DNA from: Alphaproteobacteria bacterium
GTDB taxonomy: Bacteria; Pseudomonadota; Alphaproteobacteria; SP197
NCBI GenBank assembly: GCA_964291415.2
Contig: OZ219918.1
Coordinates: 288,001-352,000, forward strand
DNA: 64,000 bases
Direction of reading: 5' to 3'
The number at the start of each line of letters is the position of its first letter. Position 1 is the first letter of the stretch. The notes under the pieces are model-generated. The model searched no databases. It saw only the letters and a list, made by a program, of their open reading frames with translations, and was not told where the DNA came from. Below, one piece after another: positions 9,782 to 17,771 of this stretch. A program made the translations under genes and the position numbers.

Positions 9782-10735
9782 ATGATACTCGATGAGAAGC
9801 TGCGTTCGGGAGACACGATCATTCTCGATGGCGCTACCGGCACCGAGATTGCCCGGCAGGGTGGCGCCATGAACAGTGCCGCCTGGTGTGGAGTCGCCAA
9901 CAAGACCCACCCCGAGATCGTCAGAAAGGTTCACGAGGCCTATGTCGAGGCGGGATGCGACGTGGTGATCACCAACACCTTCGCCACCTGCCGGCATGTG
10001 CTGGCCGGCGCCGGACTGGCAGACGAGACCGTCGCCATCAACCGGCGTGCTGTCGAACTGGCGCGTGAAGCCGTCGACTCCGTGGGGCCGTCGCGGCCCG
10101 TTGCCGTGGCCGGCTCCATGTCGACCACGCATGCCTGGAAGGAGGGATCCATCCAGGCGGATCCCGCCTATCTGCCGGACGGGGAGGCGGAAGCCGGCAA
10201 CTTCGTCGAGATGGCGGAGACACTCGCCGAGGCCGGCGTGGACCTTCTCGTCCTGGAAATGATGTCCGATATCGACAGTGCCGGCCGCTGTGCGGAGGCT
10301 GCGGTCGCGACGGGGTTGCCGGTGTGGGTGGGCATCAGCTGCATCGACGGTGATGACGGCAGTCTTCTGGGTTGGTGTGACACCAAGTCCATGCAGGAGG
10401 CGAATCCGCCGGCGCTCGGGGAGATCATCGATGCGCTCATGGAAAGGGGCGGCGATGTCTACGGGATCATGCACTCCACGGCAGATGTCACCGGGCCGGC
10501 GCTCGATTGCCTGGCCAACCGCTGGCAGGGGCCGGTCATGGCCTATCCGGAAACGCTCCGGACCTTCGACGCGCGAACACACCTCACCACGGACTCCCTG
10601 ACGCCCGACGAGTTTGCCCGCTCCTGTCTGGCGTGGCTCGACAGCGGGGTCAGCATCATCGGAGGCTGCTGCGGCACCACGATCGACCATATCCGCGCGC
10701 TGGTCCGCCACATGGAGGAAAGGGCCGCCGGATAG
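9782..10735 (+). CDS. Homocysteine S-methyltransferase family protein
   Basis: ILDGATGTE, VHEAYVEAGCDVVITNTF and IGGCCG motifs. GIMHS replaces the usual GxNC. AGGAGG RBS. Confidence 0.88.
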   Translation: MILDEKLRSGDTIILDGATGTEIARQGGAMNSAAWCGVANKTHPEIVRKVHEAYVEAGCDVVITNTFATCRHVLAGAGLADETVAINRRAVELAREAVDSVGPSRPVAVAGSMSTTHAWKEGSIQADPAYLPDGEAEAGNFVEMAETLAEAGVDLLVLEMMSDIDSAGRCAEAAVATGLPVWVGISCIDGDDGSLLGWCDTKSMQEANPPALGEIIDALMERGGDVYGIMHSTADVTGPALDCLANRWQGPVMAYPETLRTFDARTHLTTDSLTPDEFARSCLAWLDSGVSIIGGCCGTTIDHIRALVRHMEERAAG

Positions 10736-10810
10736 GCAGAAATCGCCGGTTTCCCGGGATTGAGCACCGCTGCCGTCTGGTCCCGAAACGCCACGGGCCA
10801 TCACGACACA

Positions 10811-11392
10811 ATGGACAGCCTTTCCGACGAGTTCCTGGCGCTGGCACTCGCTCACGACACCAACCGGTCGATACTGGAACGTCTTCCGGCCCTTGGCGTG
10901 GACCAGGCCTGGCTGGTTGCGGGCTGTCTCTTCGGCCCGGTCTGGAATGCGCTCTCGGGCCAGCCTCCCGGGGCCAACATCTGTGACCACGACATCTTCT
11001 ACTGGGACCCCGACACGTCCTGGGAGGCCGAGGATGCCGTGATTCGACGGGCCGACGACCTCTTCGCCGACCTCGGCATCGTGCACCAGGTGCGCAACCA
11101 GGCCCGCGTTCCCCTCTGGTTCGAAGGCCGTTTCGGCCGGCCATGGCCGGCAACCCGCCGGAGCGCCGACAGCATCGGCCGGTTTGTCGTGTCCTGCACC
11201 TGCGTCGGGGTGCGCCTGCGGGGTGACAACGACATCGAGCTCCATGCCCCCAGGGGTCTCCGCGAACTCTTCTCGGGAATCCTGCGCCCCAACCCGGACA
11301 ACCCCACGCCCCATCATTTCCGCACGAAGTGCGAGAGCTACCTGAGCCGGTGGCCATGGTTGACCATGGCTGAAGACAACCTCGCCGGGTGA
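10811..11392 (+). CDS. Nucleotidyltransferase family protein (DUF925-like)
   Basis: WLVAGCLFGPVWN, DHDIFYWD, VRNQARVPLW and YLSRWPWL motifs. Confidence 0.8.
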   Translation: MDSLSDEFLALALAHDTNRSILERLPALGVDQAWLVAGCLFGPVWNALSGQPPGANICDHDIFYWDPDTSWEAEDAVIRRADDLFADLGIVHQVRNQARVPLWFEGRFGRPWPATRRSADSIGRFVVSCTCVGVRLRGDNDIELHAPRGLRELFSGILRPNPDNPTPHHFRTKCESYLSRWPWLTMAEDNLAG

Positions 11393-11423
11393 GTCGGCCG
11401 ATCGTCCCTCGAGGGCGGCCTGA

Positions 11424-12392
11424 TCAGTCCTTCATGGATGCCGGACCGAGGGGATGATCGCGGTGGGGGTAGGGGTGGTGGTGCCCGCCATGGTGATGAT
11501 GGTGGCCGGTGCCGATCCCCTCGACGTGGTGATGGTGGCTTTCCTGGCGCAGGCCCACCTCATCCTCGAACCCGAGCACCTGCTCTCGGTACTTGCAGGC
11601 CTGGCAGTTCATGTTGCCGGTTCCCTTCAGGATCTCGTCCACGCGCGAAACGAAGGTCTCGACCACCAGGGGATGATCATTGAGATAGCCGGCCTGGACG
11701 ATCGAGGTGTCGGGATAGCGTGATGCGGCGCTGCTTGCCGCATCGTAGATTCGCCTGACCAGAACCCCGGTGAAGAGAAAGTAGGGGAAGACGATGATGC
11801 GCCGGAAACCCAGCCTGACGACATGATCGAGCGCCGGCGCGACCAGCGGAAAGGTGACGCCCGAATAGGCTGTCTCACCCCAGCCCAGGCCGAGGCCTTC
11901 GGTCAGAAGACGGGTGACCCTGGCGACGTTGGCATTGGCATCGGGGTCCGATGATCCCCGTCCGACCACCATGAGCAGGGTGTCGCTGGCACCAACGTGG
12001 CCGTGTGTCGCATTCGCCGATTCGATGGCCTCCTCGACCCTCTCGCCGGCAGCCTTGATCATCTTCATGTCATGGCCGAGATCTCGCCCGTAGCGCACCT
12101 GGATCCCGGTATCGCGGGACCACGTGTTGAGCACTCCGGGGATGTCGTTCTTGACATGACCGGCGGCGAACAGCATTCCGGGAACAGCAAGAATCTCCCG
12201 CGCACCACCCACGCGAAGGCGATCGAGACCCTCGCGGATGACCGGTGTTGCGAACTCGAGAAAGCCGTGAGCGACGGGCCACGTGAATCTGGAAGAGAGG
12301 GTATGGGCAAGGTCCGTGAATTCGGCGATGGCCGCCTCGTCGCGGCTGCCGTGACCGCACAGCATGATGGCGGTGTCACTCATGGTCTTCAT
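11424..12392 (-). CDS. cbiX: Sirohydrochlorin cobaltochelatase CbiX (long form)
   Basis: CGHGSRD, GHVKNDIP, GRGSSDPDAN, MNCQACKYR and a His-rich C-terminus. The start could be 12383. Confidence 0.9.
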   Translation of the reverse strand: MKTMSDTAIMLCGHGSRDEAAIAEFTDLAHTLSSRFTWPVAHGFLEFATPVIREGLDRLRVGGAREILAVPGMLFAAGHVKNDIPGVLNTWSRDTGIQVRYGRDLGHDMKMIKAAGERVEEAIESANATHGHVGASDTLLMVVGRGSSDPDANANVARVTRLLTEGLGLGWGETAYSGVTFPLVAPALDHVVRLGFRRIIVFPYFLFTGVLVRRIYDAASSAASRYPDTSIVQAGYLNDHPLVVETFVSRVDEILKGTGNMNCQACKYREQVLGFEDEVGLRQESHHHHVEGIGTGHHHHHGGHHHPYPHRDHPLGPASMKD

Positions 12393-12445
12393 CCCTTGCC
12401 GGTTGGATTATCATGGGGACGCGCCTTGGCCCGCCGCAAGTCTTC

Positions 12446-13387
12446 ATGATCTTCGACAACGCGATACCGGCGGTGCTCGTCGTGGCTGTGGCCCTCGACT
12501 GGCTGATCGGCGACCCGCGCTGGTTGTGGGGACGACTGAAACATCCTGTCGTGGTTCTCGGATCCCTCATCGATGGTCTCGACAGACATGTCAATCATGG
12601 CAGTTCCGTCAGGCGACGGGTGGCGGGGTTCGCCGTGCTTGCGGCGATCGTGTTTCTTGCCGCGGCAGCGGGGTTCCTGCTTGCCTCCCTGGGCTGGGTT
12701 GTGGAGGCCATCGTCATGGCCATCATGCTGGCCCAGAGGGATCTCCATGATCATGTGAGGAAGGTCGCCACGGCCCTGCGGCGCGACGGGCTCGCAGAGG
12801 CGCGCCGCATGGTGGGACACATCGTCGGCCGCGACACCGGTCAACTGGACAGTCACGGGGTCAGCCGGGCGGCGATCGAGAGTTGTGCCGAGAACTTCGC
12901 CGACGGCGTCGTCGCACCCCTGTTCTGGTACGTTGTGGCCGGGCTGCCGGGCGTCCTCGTGTGCAAGGCGGTCAACACTCTCGACAGCATGATCGGTCAT
13001 CGCGATTCGCGCCATCGCGCCTTCGGCCAGCCCTCGGCGCGATGCGACGATCTGCTGAACCTTCTGCCCGCCAGGCTGTCCGCCATGGTGGTTGCCGGCG
13101 CCTCGATGCTGATGGCCGGTGCGGATCCCCAGGGGTCATGGCGTGCGGTGTGGCGTGATGCCCGTCACCACAAGTCACCGAACGCCGGCTGGCCCGAAGC
13201 AGCCTTCGCCGGTGCCCTCGGCATCGCCATAGCCGGACCACGCCGTTACGCAGGCACCCTGGTGAACGATGCCTGGATGGGCGACGGCCGTGCCGCCTGC
13301 ACACCGGACGATATCGATGCCGCCCTGCGTCTCTACGTGCGCTCCTGCGTGCTTGCCGCAGGCCTCTGCGTCCTTCTCGTGCTCTGA
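12446..13387 (+). CDS. cobD: Adenosylcobinamide-phosphate synthase (CobD/CbiB)
   Basis: IGDPRWL, HPVV, IVGRDT, AENFADGVVAPLF, KAVNTLDSMIG and SPNAGWPEAA motifs. Confidence 0.93.
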   Translation: MIFDNAIPAVLVVAVALDWLIGDPRWLWGRLKHPVVVLGSLIDGLDRHVNHGSSVRRRVAGFAVLAAIVFLAAAAGFLLASLGWVVEAIVMAIMLAQRDLHDHVRKVATALRRDGLAEARRMVGHIVGRDTGQLDSHGVSRAAIESCAENFADGVVAPLFWYVVAGLPGVLVCKAVNTLDSMIGHRDSRHRAFGQPSARCDDLLNLLPARLSAMVVAGASMLMAGADPQGSWRAVWRDARHHKSPNAGWPEAAFAGALGIAIAGPRRYAGTLVNDAWMGDGRAACTPDDIDAALRLYVRSCVLAAGLCVLLVL

Positions 13388-13388
13388 A

Positions 13389-13420
13389 GAGTGCAGGTTC
13401 AAGTCCTGCCCCGCTCGTCA
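13389..13420 (+). other. tRNA 3'-end-like fragment (T-arm plus degenerate acceptor strand), possible att scar
   Basis: GAGT-GCAGG-TTCAAGT-CCTGC-CCCGCTC-GTCA gives a perfect 5-bp T-stem with a 7-nt TTCAAGT loop. No D- or anticodon arm upstream, where the sequence is cobD coding. Confidence 0.55.
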
Positions 13421-13595
13421 AGGCAGCCGAGGAGCACATTCATGCTGTCGAGGGCTTTCGATTCCGGGTCCGGGCTGATTCCGCGCGATCAACACAAGGT
13501 CAAGGCCAGTGCGCGGTTTTGGAGTCGCGACCGTCCTGCGTCGAGCATGAGGACACGCCGCGTCGCCGGAAGGCAAGCAGGGAGCTGCCATGGGC

Positions 13596-14840
13596 TCAGG
13601 CGCGGGAGCAGCGCAGCGGCAGGGACCGGAGGCCGCGCAGCACGACGCCGTGGTGGAACGTCGGGCGGGAGCCCATGAGGTCGATCCGCTTGAAACGCTC
13701 CAGCAGCATCTCGAACGCGATCCTCCCCTGCAGGCGCGCAAGCTGCGCGCCGAGGCAGTGGTGGATGCCGCGTCCGAGCGAGAGGTGGGGACAGGGCGCG
13801 CGGCCGACATCGAGCCGGTCGGGCATCTCGAACACGTCGGGGTCCCGGTTGGCGGCGCCCAGGAGGACGGCAACGTTGTCGCCCGCGCGGATCTCGGCCC
13901 CGTTCATCGAGCGGTCGGCGCGGGCGCGCCGGAAGGTCAACTGCACCGGGGCGTCGAAGCGCAGCAGTTCCTCGACCGCGGCGGGCACGAGGTCCGGGTC
14001 GCCGCGGAGCCGGGCAAGCTGGTCCGGGCTGGCGAGCAGCGCCAGAAGGCCGTTGCCGATCAGGTTGGTGGTGGTCTCGTTGCCGGCGATCAGCAGCAGG
14101 CGCAGGAGGTTCAGCATCTCGCGCTCGCTCAGCCGCTCGCCGCCGTCCTCGGCGTGGGCCAGCGCGCTCAGGATGTCGTCGCGAGGAGCGCTCCGGCGCA
14201 TCGCGATGACATCCAGGAAATACGCGTCGAACTCCCGCGAGGCGTCCAGGGCGACCGCGCGCTCGCGGTAGCTCACCGTGGGCTCCAACAGGCGCGCGCG
14301 CTGCGCCGACCAGAGCTTGAAGCGATTCTGGTCCCTGGCCGGAATGCCGAGCATTTCGGCGATCACGATGATTGGCAGGGGCTGGGCGAAGGTCGTCATG
14401 AGGTTGAAGGCGCCGGGGTCGTCGACGGCGTCCAGAAGTGCGGCTGCGATCACGCGGATGCGGGTCTCCAGGGCGTTGACGGCCCGCGACGTGAAGGCCT
14501 TGTTCACCAGGGCCCGCAGCCTCGTGTGGTCGGGCGGGTCGAGGATCAGCATGGAGAACTCGTCCGCCGGCGGCAGCATGGCCTGCTGGCGGCGGGTCAG
14601 CGTGCCCACGCGCGGGTCGTTGGCGAAGGTGCGATGGTCGCGCAGGATGGCGTTGGCGTCGGCGTGGCGCGCGATCAGCCAGGCGTTCATCAGCCGGCTG
14701 CGATGCGGCGCGCGGCGGGCGCGCAGCGCCGCATAGACGGGATAGGGATCCTGGACCATGGCGTTCGAGAGCGGATTGTAGGCCACACCGGTCCGCCAGC
14801 GTTCGCCCGCGGAGATCGCGCGGGCGAGCATCGGGCGCAT
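13596..14840 (-). CDS. Cytochrome P450
   Basis: DPPDHTRLR, I-helix AGNETT, K-helix EELLR and heme motif LGRGIHHCLG. The start is an estimate. Confidence 0.95.
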   Translation of the reverse strand: MRPMLARAISAGERWRTGVAYNPLSNAMVQDPYPVYAALRARRAPHRSRLMNAWLIARHADANAILRDHRTFANDPRVGTLTRRQQAMLPPADEFSMLILDPPDHTRLRALVNKAFTSRAVNALETRIRVIAAALLDAVDDPGAFNLMTTFAQPLPIIVIAEMLGIPARDQNRFKLWSAQRARLLEPTVSYRERAVALDASREFDAYFLDVIAMRRSAPRDDILSALAHAEDGGERLSEREMLNLLRLLLIAGNETTTNLIGNGLLALLASPDQLARLRGDPDLVPAAVEELLRFDAPVQLTFRRARADRSMNGAEIRAGDNVAVLLGAANRDPDVFEMPDRLDVGRAPCPHLSLGRGIHHCLGAQLARLQGRIAFEMLLERFKRIDLMGSRPTFHHGVVLRGLRSLPLRCSRA

Positions 14841-15411
14841 CGTCTCTTCGAGCGAGATCACCGCAGAAACCCGATGCCGGGGGCGAGAGGGAGCAAACTC
14901 ATGAGCCGGTCTCCGGAAAGGGTGTCTGCACATGGGCAGGCGTCCCCGCCGCGTGCAGCCTGTCCGGGGAAGTGCCCGAGCCTGCCGGTGCGAGCCGGGG
15001 AGGCACGCCGACGGCAACCGTCACGAAGGAGAGACGGCACGCTGTCCTGCAAGGTTGCCCCCGGTCCTGTCGTCGTCGGTCGCGCCATCCGAATCCCGGA
15101 CGAAGGACGACGAGCATATGACCGGGGGCCGTTCCCTGTCGAGCGCGCACCGCGGCATGGCCGGCTGTGCTGCGCATCGCCGGTGGAGGGAGCCATCTGG
15201 AAGCCTCTTCCTCCGAGTTTTCTGTGCTCCTATCAGACCGATACCTGCAATCCTAAAGGGTGTCATCCCTGCTGATGCCGGGTAGTCTGCGCCTGTCTTG
15301 TCCCAAGTCGGTCCGGACAGTCGAGTTCTCGCCGTCATCCGCCCGCAGTGGATTCCATTCGGTCGGCTCCCTCTCGGGAAACCCGTCGGAAACGCCATGG
15401 GAGGAAGCGGC

Positions 15412-16548
15412 GTGAATTCGGACGATGCCTTCGAGCGCATCCTCGCGGCGCTGCACGAAGCCGCCCTCGACGACACCCGATGGCCTGCCGCCGCCGCCCT
15501 GATCGACGAGGCCTGCGGCGCCGTGGGCAATATGCTGTTGGTCGGCGAACGGTCCGGCGAGATCCACTTCGTCCGATCTCTCCACCGCGGCGAGGCGCGC
15601 GAAGACCTGGCGCGCGAGTACTTCGAGGTCTATTACCCCCACGACGAAGGCCCGCTCCGTCGCAGGGAGCTGCCCAACGGCCTCATGACCCATACCTCCG
15701 AACTTTACACCGAGACCCAGTTGAAGACGTCCGTCGCATACAACGAGGGATGGCGGCTCATGCGCGGGCAGAACGGCTTGAGCGTGTCCTTCGAACAGCC
15801 GGACGGCCTGCGCATCTTCTGGGGTGTCGGCGACCCGGTCGACAGCGGCGGCTATGAGTCCGCGCAACTCCGTCTGCTCGAGCGTCTGCTGCCGCATATC
15901 CACCGGTGCGTCGTGATCAGGCAGGCGCTGGCTGCGGCCGATGCCCTGGGCGCCGGACTGACGGGCCTCCTGGACCGGGACCGCGTCGGCGTGGTGCAGC
16001 TCGACCGCGCCGGGCGCGTGCTGGAGGCCAACGCACCGGCGCTCGAGATCCTGCGCCGCGGCGACGGGCTCATCGACCGCGACGGCGTCCTGGACGCGTG
16101 TCTGCCGGCGGACCGCAGCCGCCTGCGGCAGCTGCTGGCGCGCGCACTGCCGGACTTGTGGGACAAGCCCCCGAGCGGCGGTTCGATGACGGTACAACGG
16201 CCCTCGCGCCGGTCGCGCCTGGGACTGCATGTCAGCCCGGTGGGCGTGCGGACGTCAGACTTCGGGCGGCGGCGGGTGGCGGTACTGGTGCTGGTGGTTG
16301 ACCCGACGAGCGGTTCGCGCATCGAACCGGCGCGGGTGGCGGCGCTGCTCGGTCTGACGCCGTCTGAGAGCCGGGTGTCGGCGCTGCTGGCCGAGGGCCT
16401 GTCGGTGCGCGAGATCGCCGCCGCCACGGACTTGCGGGAGAGCTACGTGCGCTGGCTGTTCCAGCGGGTCTACAAGAAGTTGGGCGTGTCGGGACAGGTA
16501 GCCCTGGTGCGGCAGGTCCTGGCCGCGGACGCCCTGCCCTGGCGCTGA
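15412..16548 (+). CDS. LuxR-type HTH transcriptional regulator with GAF/PAS-like N-terminal region
   Basis: GGGAGG RBS before the GTG start, PAS-like GVVQLDRAGRVLEAN, and C-terminal LTPSESRVSALLAEGLSVREIA...VYKKLGVSGQ HTH. Confidence 0.88.
   Translation: MNSDDAFERILAALHEAALDDTRWPAAAALIDEACGAVGNMLLVGERSGEIHFVRSLHRGEAREDLAREYFEVYYPHDEGPLRRRELPNGLMTHTSELYTETQLKTSVAYNEGWRLMRGQNGLSVSFEQPDGLRIFWGVGDPVDSGGYESAQLRLLERLLPHIHRCVVIRQALAAADALGAGLTGLLDRDRVGVVQLDRAGRVLEANAPALEILRRGDGLIDRDGVLDACLPADRSRLRQLLARALPDLWDKPPSGGSMTVQRPSRRSRLGLHVSPVGVRTSDFGRRRVAVLVLVVDPTSGSRIEPARVAALLGLTPSESRVSALLAEGLSVREIAAATDLRESYVRWLFQRVYKKLGVSGQVALVRQVLAADALPWR
15979..16548 (+). repeat. 570-bp direct repeat, copy 1 (3' half of the LuxR-type gene)
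   Basis: Colinear and ungapped with 16801-17370. Confidence 0.9.
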
Positions 16549-16756
16549 CGCCGCGCGGGTGCGAGCCCTCCTGAGGTTGCCCCCTCCGTCTCGTTTTCGG
16601 ACTCTCGATACCTTCAATTTTGAAGGATTTTTCCGGACCTCGGGTTCCCCTACAAACTTCATCGATTTGGGGGAATTCGGCGCTGCGAGCTGCAGTTGCG
16701 TGGCCGTGGCGTTGTAGTTGGCCCCTTGTTGGTGGTCAGCGTGGGGAGGCGCGACA

Positions 16757-17370
16757 TGGCGAAAAGTGGGAACGACTGGACTCCGATCGGAGTTCCGACC
16801 GACCGCATCGGCGTGGTGCAACTCGACCGCGCCGGGCGCGTGCTGGAGGCCAACGCACCGGCGCTCGAGATCCTGCGCCGCGGCGACGGGCTGCGCGACC
16901 GCGACGGCGTCCTGGACGCGTGGCTGCCGGCGGACCGCAGCCGCCTGCGGCGGTTGCTGGCGCGCGCGCTGCCAGACGTGTGTGGGGAGGCCCCGACCGG
17001 CGGTTCGATGTCGGTCCAGCGTTCCTCGGGCCGGTCGCGTCTGGGTGTGCACGTCAGCCCGGTAGGCGACGGTGAGAGGGACTTTGGCGGACAGCGGGTG
17101 GCGGTACTGGTGCTGGTGGTCGACCCGGCGAGCGGTTCGCGCATCGACCCGGCGCGGGTGGCGACGCTGCTCGGTCTGACGCCGTCGGAGAGCCGGGTGT
17201 CGGCGCTGCTGGCCGAGGGCCTGTCGGTGCGCAAGATCGCCGCCGCCACGGACTTGCGGGAGAGCTACGTGCGCTGGTTGTTCCAGCAGGTCTACAAGAA
17301 GCTGGGCGTGTCGGGACAGGTAGCCCTGGTGCGGCAGGTCCTGGCCGCGGACGCCCTGCCCTGGCGCTGA
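16757..17370 (+). pseudogene. 5'-truncated paralogue of the LuxR-type regulator (PAS+HTH only); the frame is open and may be expressed
   Basis: 16801-17370 repeats 15979-16548. It is joined to an unrelated leader MAKSGNDWTPIGVPT with a GGGAGG RBS before ATG 16757. Confidence 0.7.
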
Positions 17371-17411
17371 CGCCGCACGGGCCCGAACGCCCTCCCGCCT
17401 CGTTCTCTAGA

Positions 17412-17695
17412 GCAGCCACGACACGCTTGCGCCATGCCGGATGGGCATCGCCTCCCGGGCGAGCAGCAGTCGGGCGCCGGTCCAGGCGGCCTGAGCGCCC
17501 CGGGTGAGGATGGCCGCAAGGCCGCGTCCGTCCGCAATGCCGCCCGCTGCCACGACCGGCGTGGCGGGTGCCTCATCGACCACCGCAGGCACCCTGACCA
17601 TGGTATCCTCGGTTCCCCAGACATGGCCACCGGCCTCGATGCCGTGAGCGACAACGATGCCCACCCCCTGATCGACCACGCATCGGGCCTCTTCG
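17412..17695 (-). pseudogene. Degenerate internal fragment of the nitronate monooxygenase gene
   Basis: Aligns with 21279-21563 (EAGGHVWG...VVAAGGIADGRG), with substitutions and a 1-bp deletion. Confidence 0.85.
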
Positions 17696-17771
17696 AGCGA
17701 GCCCTCGCGCATCTCAGCCGAAGTTCAGCTGCTCCGGCGGCATGCATGCACCACGCCCGGGCGTGAGCACG

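Noticed and set aside
11460-11545. GTG/ATG-rich low-complexity tract as a DNA repeat element
   Set aside because: It is the coding sequence of the CbiX His-rich tail.
13389-13420. Functional tRNA gene
   Set aside because: Only the T-arm and a degenerate 3' acceptor strand are present, and the upstream sequence is cobD coding region.
15979-17370. The repeat pair as a DGR template/variable region
   Set aside because: The mismatches are not adenine-specific, many are synonymous, and there is no reverse transcriptase in the window.
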